This document shows, one piece after another, positions 31,312 to 41,398 of a stretch of 64,000 nt of DNA. The position numbers and the translations under genes are program-made. This stretch comes from a virus (Duplodnaviria; Caudoviricetes), in the IMG/VR virus record IMGVR_UViG_3300031992_000077, positions 13,329-77,328 of that record. One strand, written 5' to 3'. The notes under the pieces are model-generated. The model made no database searches and was not told the origin of the DNA. It saw only the letters and a list, made by a program, of their open reading frames with translations. Each line of letters opens with the position of its first letter. Positions within the stretch are counted from its first letter, which is position 1.

Positions 31312-32227
31312 TACTATTGAAGAAACCAAAGAAGTAAATCCAATAATCGATAGTTTCGAAGCAATTTCTAAAATTATGGTAGGGGAAGAAGGAACAGAAG
31401 ATATAACTACTATGTTCGGCGCACTTCTTTCTATGCCAGATGAAGAATTTAAAGAAGTGTCGTCTATTCTTCTCGATGAAATCATTCGTTCTTTAAATAC
31501 TCCCGCAGATAGAATTGCTCTTGTTGCGGCAATGACTTCTAATGGCTATACTGGTGATGATTTAACCGATACATTTCAAGAGCTTTGTAAAGAAATTGAT
31601 ACACAACTCACAGAACTTTCACAAATTAAACGTGATTGGCTAAAACAGTTAATGGGTGCGGTTACTAATGCAATTAATGAAACAGAAGGAATTTCTAAGA
31701 AATATGTAAGAGTTGCGTATGAAAAATGCCATGAAGACGCGAAAACCCCTGCATATGCACACGAAACTGACTCTGGAATGGATGTGTACGCTCTTGAAGA
31801 GATTACTCTCGCGCCCGGTGAACAGAAAACTATTCCTATTGGTATAAAAGTCGCATTGCCCGCTGGATACGAGCTATAGGTGCGTCCAAAAAGTGGCCTT
31901 AGTGCGGGAACTAAGTTGCGCGTAGCTAACGCTCCAGGAACAGTTGATGCTGGTTATAGAGATGAAATTAAAGTTATAATAGAAAACGTAGAACCCCCTA
32001 TTAAAGATATAACTTACGAACCAGTAATGAATACAGAAAATGGACAAATAGACCATTTGCAGATAACTTCTATTCTTTATGGAAGTTCTTATACTATCGG
32101 TAAAGGTCAAAAGTTCGCACAGTTAGTATTATCCGAAGTTCCTAAAGCAGTATTATACGAAGTAGAGAAAGTAGGTGAAATTGGCGAAGACCGCGGAGGC
32201 GGATTCGGCAGCACCGGGAAGTTCTAA
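31295..32227 (+). CDS. dut: Trimeric dUTPase with about 145-aa N-terminal helical extension, 310 aa (1 TAG)
   Basis: DSGMD, GYEL(Q)VRPKSG, GTVDAGYRDE, KFAQLV, RGGGFGSTG. Confidence 0.9.
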
Positions 32228-32228
32228 T

Positions 32229-32954
32229 ATGGCTTCCATAAATCTTACTACTATCTAGGAGTAGCTTCCAGAAGGTTGGAAGGTAATATCTACACAATAT
32301 AAAAACCTAGATACTGAAATGGAATTTGAGTGTGCAGCCGGCCATAAAGTTTTTTCTACTTGGAAGAAGATGCGAACACGTGCCGAATGCCCTATATGTA
32401 AAGAGAAAGCGCCGCTCGTAGATACTACTATAATTCCTAAAAAGAAAGGAATTTATCGTACCATTGGAATAGACCAGGCAACTCATATAAGCGGTTATTC
32501 AGTATATGATGGGAAAGAGCTCATTAAATTTGGAACTTTTACAGTAAATGAAACCAATGAAATAGAGCGCGATAATATAATAAAAATGTGGTTATGCTCT
32601 ATTATAAATAACTGGCAACCAGATGTAATCGGTCTCGAAGGAATTCAACTTCAGCAAAACGCCGCTCGTGGTATTGGGGTCACTACCTTTGAAACTTTAG
32701 CGCGATTACAAGGTATACTTATGGAAGCTTGTTATGAACAAAAAACATAGTTTGTGATATGCCCAACGAATACATGGCGCGCGCATTGTAAAGTTAAAGG
32801 TTAGACCCGTGAAGCTAAAAAGAATTCAATGAGATAGTTAGCGCGAGAATGGCATAATATTAATGTAAGCGAAGATGAAGCAGATGCCATCGGAATTGGA
32901 AAGTACGTTGCAGAAACATATGCTCTTACACATCAAGTCCAAAATTGGGAATAA
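32229..32954 (+). CDS. RuvC-like Holliday junction resolvase with N-terminal zinc ribbon, 241 aa (5 TAG)
   Basis: CAAGH...CPIC; IGIDQAT, IGLEG, DEADAIGIG. Confidence 0.8.
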
Positions 32955-32987
32955 AAAAGAAGAGGCGTTTAACCTCTTCTTTTTTTT
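32953..32987. terminator. Bidirectional intrinsic terminator between the convergent arms
   Basis: A-tract AGAAGAGG...CCTCTTCT T-tract. Confidence 0.85.
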
Positions 32988-32990
32988 CGA

Positions 32991-33266
32991 TTAAAAACTT
33001 TTAATCTTTTCTTTCATTTCCATACACCAACCATCTATATGCTCTTTAACCAATTCTTTCAACATACTTTTATCATCTTTTATACTATCCATAAACATTT
33101 TTTTAGATTCTACATAAGTCTTCTCTAATCTTTCATTAGCTGAAGCCATTAGAAATTTCGCGGCCTCTGGGTCACTATCCCTCAGTTCATAAGCCCATTC
33201 AATCCACATACCGCTATCTTTTAAATCATCCATCATCTTGTTGTATAAAGCTTTTAATTTTAACAT
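32991..33266 (-). CDS. Small helical protein (possibly ferritin-like), last gene of the accessory cassette
   Basis: 91 aa, all-helical, DD...EWA...ERLE pattern. Confidence 0.65.
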   Translation of the reverse strand: MLKLKALYNKMMDDLKDSGMWIEWAYELRDSDPEAAKFLMASANERLEKTYVESKKMFMDSIKDDKSMLKELVKEHIDGWCMEMKEKIKSF

Positions 33267-33268
33267 AA

Positions 33269-33688
33269 TTAGTCAATATAAAATACTACAACATTAGGTG
33301 TAGTAAAGGTAGCATCCGCACCAGTGGTTCTAAAAGTTAAAATTCCAGTATTATCAATTGCACAACAAGATGGACGAACTCTCACAATAGTAGAAAAAGA
33401 TAAATTAACATCATCAGTATTTGCAGTAGATAATTCGCTAGCAACCGCGCCAGGAATCTCTATATCTTCATTAAATAGCTAAACTGTTATTGGTGCAGTT
33501 TCTGTTGCAGCGCTCGCGGCCGCAATACTATTAAAAGAAACAAAGTAGTAGCCGGGTCTATTCAATACTATAGAGGGCGAACCAGCCATATGCTATGAAC
33601 TACAGCTGGTTGCCACTCTATTAGTATCAAAAGTTATGTTAGACCCGGAAGTTAACGTCTAAGACGCCAAACTAACAATATCTAACAT
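33269..33688 (-). CDS. BclA-C/C1q-like beta-sandwich protein, 139 aa (4 TAG)
   Basis: GGAGG RBS; S(Q)TLTSGSNITFD...NRPGYYFVSFNS...V(Q)LFNEDIEIPGA...FSTIVRVRPSCC. Confidence 0.6.
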
Positions 33689-33720
33689 ATTTTAGTTCCT
33701 CCTCTAATTAGTGAAATTGA

Positions 33721-34425
33721 TTATGCACCAAAGCCACCGCAATTACATCCCATACCATACCCACCACAATATGGGTTGATAGAGGCATAAGGAGAAGTAG
33801 TAAGATAAGCAGGGCGAGAGACGGGACGTAAAACATCAATAAGCCCAGCGGTCTATTGCTGCTGACTAATTTCGAAATTAGCCGCTTGAAGCGCGCGGTC
33901 GCGTTCCTCTAACCTATCACGTAAATCCTGGATAGTATTCTGAGTAATAAGTGCGCGAGTAGCTTCACCTTCGCTATGAATAGCAGTAGTAATCTCGCAA
34001 GTATTCTTATAAGCCTCAGCCTTCACACTATCAATATTGCGCTCAATGCCGCAATTAGCAAGCTGCTGCGCAAAGCGATTTTCAGCAATTTGCTGACCTA
34101 CGCCGCAGAAACCATCAAGCATGTCGTAGCGAACATTGCCCCAAGCAGAAGTGGCTTCACGTTCAAACTGGCTAATTTCTTGCTGAAGTTCGCCAAAATT
34201 CCGGAAAGTATCCTGCGCATTGTTTGCCTCATAGAGAGCGGAACGGGTTAAAGAACCCTCAACAGAAGGGCTGTTGCCGCCATAGGCGTTACCACCCCAA
34301 CCAAACATGCCGCCACCGCCGAGCAGAGCCAACCAGACTAAGTAAATAAAGGGGTTATTTGTCCAAGTGTCATTATCTTTCGTAAGAGCCATTACATCGG
34401 CCGCAGAAAGTCCATTAGTATCCAT
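33721..34425 (-). CDS. Gly-rich membrane-hairpin/coiled-coil protein with Cys/Gly/Tyr-rich tail, 234 aa (1 TAG)
   Basis: WLALLGGGGMFGWGG; ATRALITQNTIQDLRDRL; SQQQ(Q)TAGLIDVLRPVSRPAY...YCGGYGMGCNCGGFGA-TAA. Confidence 0.75.
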
Positions 34426-34455
34426 ATTAATTTTTGTCCTCCCAGTTTTTTATAT

Positions 34456-34482
34456 ATAAAACTTCGGCGCCAGAAGTTTTAT
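34456..34482. promoter_or_regulatory. Intergenic hairpin inside the cassette
   Basis: ATAAAACTTC-GGCGCCA-GAAGTTTTAT perfect 10-bp stem. Confidence 0.55.
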
Positions 34483-34488
34483 TTTACA

Positions 34489-34689
34489 TTATAATGAATG
34501 AATTATTTCCATTCCTTTCTATATATCTTCTTCAGAAATTCCTTGGAGTCGCGCCCTCTACGCTAACTAACTAAGTAAATTATCATTTAAATTATGCGCG
34601 AGCGCCTTAAATTTTTGTGGGTCTAATTTAGGTTGCTACTACTACATAATAGGAGAGCGCATCATTGGTTTATTATTGTAATAATTCAT
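34489..34689 (-). CDS. Small Met/Gln/Asn-rich protein, 66 aa (5 TAG)
   Basis: MNYYNNKPMMRSPIM(Q)(Q)QPKLDPQKF...A(Q)RARLQGISEEDI(Q)KGMEIIHSL-TAA. Confidence 0.65.
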
Positions 34690-35035
34690 TTATTTTCCCT
34701 CCAAGTTCTTCAATTTTCTTTTCCATCGCTCCAATTTTAGATAACAAAAAGTCCTCAGAAGACTTTTCATCAACTGAGGACTGAATATTGTTATCTTTCT
34801 TTTCATATGGAGCGATGCTATAAACCATAAAATTCGGTGTGCCGTTCTACATAGATTTAACATACATTAAACCTTCATTTAGACATAAAGCTACCGAAAG
34901 TCCACTATTCATTGGAACATTAGCGACTTCCAATGAACTACCAATCAAATACACATTCCCGTGGGGTTGAAGGAAAAAAGCATTTGGTTGGTACGACGCG
35001 GGAATTCCCGTGTTATAGCCATAATTGCTTGCCAT
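34673..35035 (-). CDS. First gene of the accessory cassette, 120 aa (1 TAG)
   Basis: GGAG RBS; MASNYGYNTGIPASYQP...MYVKSM(Q)NGTPNF...coiled-coil C-terminus. Confidence 0.65.
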
Positions 35036-35124
35036 ATTTAATTGTCCTCCCATTTGTCTTACACTTATAAGTAGGATTAGTAAGTCGTTAGTACAAAAAT
35101 TTCGGACAATTTTTAAATTTTAAT

Positions 35125-35397
35125 TTAATTTACAGTTTCCTATTCCTATGGATGGTCAAATACCGCGTGGCATTCTTCCCAAACATTGCCATATTTATCA
35201 AGAACCTAGACAGTTTGTACGTCACAGGCTGAAATAGCAGCAAGACTACATTGAGTATGAAAACGAGCTTTTAATGCCATTCTATCCGCTGTTTCGTCTT
35301 TACCATCACGAACAGTCATCGAAATTATTGGAGTCACAACTGCAATATTATTGTTTTTATTCCAATACTAAATTTCATTAATTACATAACTTTCCAT
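35125..35397 (-). CDS. Small tail-fibre-associated protein, 90 aa (4 TAG)
   Basis: AGGAGG RBS; NEI(Q)YW...ARFHTQCSLAAIS...VLDKYG. Confidence 0.6.
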
Positions 35398-35407
35398 AAA
35401 ATCCTCC

Positions 35408-36265
35408 TTAAGTATAAGTATCCAATCCAGTGCCAGCGCTATTTACTACCATCGCGCGATAAGCATCCAAACCAGTACCAGCACTATTTACTACATAAAC
35501 TCTATAAGTATCTAACCCACTAGAACTATTTACAATTCTTACTGTTGCTAAAAGTTTCCATACGGCATATAAAGTAGTAGTACCGCTCTAAGTAACTGTA
35601 ATAGACCCTCCGGAAGAATAAGAAGCTGTCGTCGCACTGGAAGAAGTACTCCATCCTAAAAACTCATAACCCGAACGAGTTGGTTTAGTAGACGAAATAG
35701 TAAAAGTATAGGAAGGAGATACCGCTACATTACTCCCTGTTTGGTCACCCGGTGCTCCAGTACCATTATTTGCATTATATTTCAAAGTATAACTATAATC
35801 ATTTGCATTGGTATTAATAGTTAAAACCGCAGAGGTAATAATCATTCTATTACCAGAATAAGTATTATAATCAGATTGCCATAAAAAATATCCGTATGGA
35901 CAAATTCCCTTAGAAGTTAGATTAACCGTAAAAGTTGTATCATTTCGAACTACTTCTGGACTATCTATAGATAAATCAGTATAAGTATAACTACTAGTAC
36001 CGCTGGCGTTCTTTTTGCCAATACGAACTTTTTTCTTGGTTGCATCTAGAGCATTAAAATTAACTTTTAACGAAATAGAAGAAGCCGTACCAACAACTGA
36101 AACACTACCAGATAACCCCACTCCGTACATAACATACTGTGAGCCACTAATATCAAAACCAATTTGTTTAGCGCTGTTCGCCGTGTCGAAAGCGGGAGTA
36201 GCAGAAAGAGTACCAGTTTTTTTCGCACCATAGGGGGTTAAATTAAAAGTATAAGTTTTTGCCAT
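35408..36265 (-). CDS. Virion/tail accessory protein with a Listeria-Bacteroides (InlB B-repeat-like) domain, 285 aa (1 TAG)
   Basis: YTLKYNANNGTGAP...PTRSGYEFLGWST...YAVWK; C-terminal VVNSAGTGLD repeats. Confidence 0.7.
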
Positions 36266-36277
36266 TTAATTATCTCC

Positions 36278-37510
36278 TTATACCTTTACTAAAACTATAT
36301 CTCCAGCTTTTGCGCCAGATGGAACTGAAGCTGATGTAGTAAGAAAAATAGAGCGTGATGTTGTATCGCTACTAGTTACTAAAGCTCTCCAAGCTCCCCA
36401 TCCATTAGAAGTTCTTCCAACACGTATATATAAATTCTAAGTACGCTAATCAGAATTATGACTCGGTCCAGCTAATTCCCAAGCATTATAATCTCCTGTC
36501 CAACCAGCTACATGTAATCCTGACCACCAATTAGAATTAGGCATTCCTTTATTGGAAAAGAAAAAATTAGCAGAATAAGCTAAAGAAGTAACACCAATTG
36601 TGTCATAACGAGTATCACTTACTGTAATGCCAGCGCCCCATAAAGCATGACTAGAAGCAGAAGTTGCGTGAGCGTTCCCTACTTTCAGATTACCATAAGG
36701 AACTGTCAAACCGCCACTCCCTGCAGCAGATACAGTTCCTGTACTATCTTGTAAATATAATACAGAAGGTGTAGTATCATTTGATTTAGCTAAAATTTCA
36801 TTATTATCTATTTCAATATGCGCAGCAGTTGCTGCACCGCCAATAATTAAAGCAGGAGAATTATTAGCTGTACCAGAAGCATCTGTAGTCTTTGATAAAA
36901 CTAAAGTACCTGTTACTGTACCGCCGCCCAACGGTAAATAATATCCTAAATCTGCTGGATTTTTTGTAGTAATAATATTATAAGTTGGACTGCTTGTTCT
37001 ACCGGCGTCACAAGCAGGCAATCGATATTGTTCATAATAATTTGTTCTTCCTGAAGAGGAGCCAGACCATTCTCTCCAATAAAAACGACCACTTGTATTC
37101 TCATAACTAATCCAATTTTGTCCATACATCCCATTAGCTGTAGCGGCATTAGAAAATTTAAAATTAAATGCCGCACCATTGCCAGTTGTATTAATAGTTT
37201 CTGGATTAGTAAATGTTTTAATGCCAGCAAAGGTCTAAGCGCCAGTAGTTACGACACCACTTGCAGTTGCACTCGCTATAGGAATTGCGACTGCAGTACC
37301 AGATACTCCATTAACAGTAGTTTTAATAGTAGGCCCGGAGGTAGTACCAGCAGCCCAAGTATTTGAAACACTATTTATTATATTTGTTATACTATTATTA
37401 TTATTTATATATAAAATTTTATTAGTATAATCCCACCCCAATTCATACGGCAACAGCTAACTGGTGCTTGGAGTCCCGCTTCCATGTCTTATTTTTATCC
37501 TATTAGCCAT
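36278..37510 (-). CDS. Tail fibre/receptor-binding-type protein, 410 aa (TAG=Gln)
   Basis: MANRIKIRHGSGTPSTS(Q)LLPYELGWD...GA(Q)TFAGIKTF...YLPLGGGTVTG...LYIRVG; joins two track ORFs. Confidence 0.65.
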
Positions 37511-37536
37511 AAGCTAACCTCCAAAATAAAAAAAGT

Positions 37537-37590
37537 GCGTGGGATATTGGTGAGGAGAGTGTCGGTTAACTACTTATTTATATCCCACGC
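37537..37590 (-). promoter_or_regulatory. 11-bp stem with large loop followed by U-tract, just upstream of the fibre-gene RBS
   Basis: GCGTGGGATAT...ATATCCCACGC; on the minus strand followed by ACTTTTTTTATTTT. Confidence 0.6.
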
Positions 37591-37625
37591 GATTTATTAA
37601 GCCAAAGCCTCCCTGCTTAATAAAT

Positions 37626-38009
37626 TTAATTTTCTTTAATATAGGGCATTAAAAATTGAATATATTTCATTTCTAAATTTAATGGTTCTAACTCATCTAA
37701 TGTAAACTCTGGAATATAAGTTAATTGAATTTCTATATTATTTAATTCATCAATCTTTTCCATACATTCATTAAACTTATCTTCTTTAATTTTTACACCC
37801 TATTTATCGTCTGTTAAAATAAATTCTCCATTTTCATCTCGTTGACCATATTCTTCTACTACTTTTTGAAGAGTTTCATTAAAAAACTTTGCTTCTTTTT
37901 CAAGCTATTCAAAAAAGCGAGTAAATTTATAACTAGTCTTTATCGGAAGTTTTTGTTCTATAATTTGGTTACGAATTTCAAGTATTTGAAAAGTTTCAGA
38001 AAGTTTCAT
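37626..38009 (-). CDS. Small acidic helical phage protein (DUF1617-like), 127 aa (TAG=Gln)
   Basis: AGGAG RBS; MKLSETFQILEIR...KLPIKTSYKF...EEYGQRDENGE... Confidence 0.6.
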
Positions 38010-38052
38010 TTATCTTTAAATTCTCCTATAATATATTTTCTATCCTATAAAT

Positions 38053-38081
38053 ATTATATCATAAAATAATTATAAAAGCAA
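38053..38081 (-). promoter_or_regulatory. SigmaA-type promoter inside the late arm
   Basis: TTGCTT-17 nt-TATAAT with TG on the minus strand. Confidence 0.7.
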
Positions 38082-38104
38082 ATTTTCTTATTTCTTTTTA
38101 AATT

Positions 38105-41100
38105 TTACCAAGTACCGCAGTCTATCTCTAACCCATTGGCTGTTATTTCAAAAGTTCCTTCTTCACCATCTGTACCAATATAAATTACTTTTCTATTCAC
38201 AGTTGGCCGAATTACTAATAACTAATTAGCAACTTCACTATTTCCGCTCATTTTTGGCGCATTAGCATTCATAACAAAGAAATTTTTTCCATATAATAAA
38301 TTAGGGGTTACTCGATATAAAGTAAATAAATTATTATAAGTAAAAGAATATGTAGAAGTCCCATAAGGAGTTTTACTATTTATCTACTAGAAACCTAAAG
38401 TAACTGTCATTACAGCGCCAAAATAAATAATATCGTTTATTATAGAACTTAAACTTCTAGAAAATATATCTCCTCCACTAGACATCTAAGTAGACGTTAA
38501 TGTTTCCTATGCGCCAAGATTTGCGTACCCATCACTCGGTCGAATAGAATATTTAGGTTGTATTTTCACAGAAGAATAACCAGTGCTATATTTTGTAGTA
38601 GAGTCTAAAGCTCCAAAATCAGAACAAGACCAATTCATCTAAGTTTCTGTAACATTAGTAAAATCAAAATTAATACTAGCTGAATCAAATCTAAAATGAA
38701 AACAAGATTTTAAATTACCACCATCAGTTTCAGAAGAATTACCATTATTCAATACTACTTTTACTTTAAAATCTCGCGCATTACCAGTAGTATTTTTAGG
38801 AACAGAATAATTTATTTTTTTCTCTGTTTTTAAAGTATAAATTCTTCCATCTGGACCATTCCAATCAGAATCTGCAACATCTACAGTACCTAATACAGTA
38901 GTTCCTAACATCAAAGAAATAGTAGCATTTTGATTAGCATAACATTTAAGTTCTTTTAATCCTACTTGCAAAGTTTGACCTTCAAATATATGATAACGAG
39001 AGGTTGTATCTTTATTATTATAGCTACTTGGTATATCTTCAAAACTCCCATCTGTCATTTTAATTCGTAAAGTTGGAGTTCCTATACTAGAAATCCCTTC
39101 AACAAAATTAACCGTGAAAGTTTTAGTACCAGCAAAATTAGTCCCAAAACCATTTTTTGCTACTACTTTCAATGTAACAGTATAACTACTATTAGGAGCA
39201 TTTGTAGTTCCTATTAATGTTTTCCACTACGCAGTTGTAATATTAGGAAAATTTAATGATACATTAACTGTACCAGAACTATTAGTGGGTGTGCCAGTAG
39301 GAGAAATTGCCTAAGCTCGACCGCCGTATTCTAAAGTAGTAGTATAAATATCATTATAACTTGTAGAAACATCCTACCCACTAGCCCAACTAGTAGGCTA
39401 ATTAGTAAAAGTTATATTTACAGCATTTGTGGTATATGGTTTAATAGTAGATATAGTAGATATATTTGGAGTTATATCATTCGCGCGCATATAACCAGTA
39501 GTAACACTTGTAGTAGTAGTCTTTGTATTACAAGTATATTTAATACGAAAATAATAAGTGGTTCCTCTTGTTAAACTAGTTAAAGTTGCATCACTATATT
39601 CTGTACCACTAAGAGAAATAGTTGAAAAAGAACTAAAATTACTTGTAGTTGAATACTATAATTCTCTAGTAAGACCGGTATTATTTTCATTATAATAAAA
39701 TCTCATTCCGCCATCAAAATGCGCGGCAGCGGTATTAGAAGCATTACTCGCAGCTTTCTAATTTTTTATTGAATATATTGATGGCGCGGCGGGAATTGCA
39801 AAAACTGTAGTAGTATCCTTTTCCACCCACTCTCCTAAATCATCTGTAACCCTTAATCGTAATTTATAAGCAGTATTAAAGGTAGCACCGTAAGATGTTA
39901 CATCAATATTAGATAATGAAGTCGCGTTAGAAATATTAGTCGATGTCCCAAAAGAAGTAGTATCTACCCCGCTTCCAACTAATAATTTCCACTAATAAGT
40001 TAAACTAGTTCCCGTTACACCACTTGCACTACCGTTAATATTTTTTACGTATCCATCTCTTTTACTAGGGCTATATGATGCCACAGCACTCATTGTAATG
40101 GAAGATATAGTAGGAGGTGTGTTTTTTGTTATACTTGCAGAAGTATAAGAACTACTATATTCTAAACCATCATATGTCCAAAAATAATAAGTTGCAGCAT
40201 CACTTAAAGATGACTATAAGGGAGAAGTAAACTTCTATTTAGTTCCAGCCGCAGAAGTTGCATACCATAATGTTCTTGTTTGACTAGTATTACTATCTGC
40301 ACCTGCTGTTACTGTAAAAGTTACAGTTGTACTACCAGTGGATTTTATACGAACTGGTGTTGCACTGACAGAAGGCGCTGCTGGTAAACTATTTACTGCG
40401 CCACCACTTCCGCTCTTCCAACCAGAATAATATGAAGAACCTGCTGCACCTTTTGTGCGAACAATTGCATAAAAAGCAGAGCCTCTAGTCGCTGAAGAAG
40501 ATATTGTGAAATTTTTAGAACCAGAAGTTTGAGTAGAAGACACACTCGCAACTCCATCATAAGAAGAAGTAGTTGGCGCGCTGCCTATTTTATAATAAAC
40601 ATCATATCCAGTTACGCTTCCTTCAAGATTATCTGGATTATCTCCTTTTGCTCCACTCCAAGAAACAGTTAAAGTCCCACCTGGTTTTATAATGCCAGAA
40701 TCAATAGTTACAGAAGTTGGCGCGGTACAAGCGACATAACTTAATGTGTAATTTAATGTTACACCAGTTATCTCCGCAAGTCCTCCCTCTCTATTCTTAT
40801 TGGGAGGAGTAATAACAAGCCACCCCTATCCAGCGGTTACACACTACTTTAATTGATTAGTGATATTAATCGCATTCGCTGCATTGGCTCCAGTAAAAGT
40901 TGCTTTTGTGCTATGGAATTTATCACTAGAATGACTAGTAAACTCAGTTACGCTAGAACTACTACTTGCAGGCGCGCATACATAATATGTACTTCCAGAT
41001 AAAGAAGAATTTTTCAAAGTAAGAGTCAGAGTTGCGCTCCCAATCGCCGCACTTGTTACTCCGCTCGGTAATGAAAAATTAATTTTAAATTGATAATTCT

Positions 41101-41386
41101 CAAAAGCTTGCGTCGCAGACCAACTACAATAATAGGTAGTAATTCCAGTCCCAGAACCTAGATATGGAGTTCCGACTGTTTTTTGTCTGACACCTCTAAT
41201 AGCTCCTAAATAAATTGTAGAGGCTGTGCCATTCGTCCAGTTTCCCTCAGTTAAAGCCCCTGATGCCGCGGCGCTTGTAGCGGCATCTTTAGCACCAGCA
41301 GAAGTACCACCAGAAGCAGTCCCGCTCCCACTATAAGTTACAGTCTAGTAATATTTATTATAGCTAGAAATACTAATTGTTGCCAT
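38105..41386 (-). CDS. Large Ser/Thr-rich tail/baseplate protein with FN3/Ig-like repeats, about 1093 aa (TAG=Gln)
   Basis: AAGGAG RBS; CTAPTSVTI...LTVSWSG...GYDVYY; ends IEIDCGTW-TAA; track fragments 38639 and 40235 share the frame. Confidence 0.7.
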
Positions 41387-41398
41387 AATTTATCTCCT

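Noticed and set aside
5252-31879. TAG as pyrrolysine or another residue, or TGA recoding
   Set aside because: TAG repeatedly occupies conserved Gln positions; TGA terminates several intact genes (ligase, primase, dnaE) and Trp is TGG.
37546-37620. Possible suppressor tRNA (minus-strand sequence ending CTCACCA)
   Set aside because: No cloverleaf, no TTC T-loop and no CTA anticodon arm; the CCA lies inside a hairpin loop. I found no tRNA in the window, but tRNAscan-SE should confirm.
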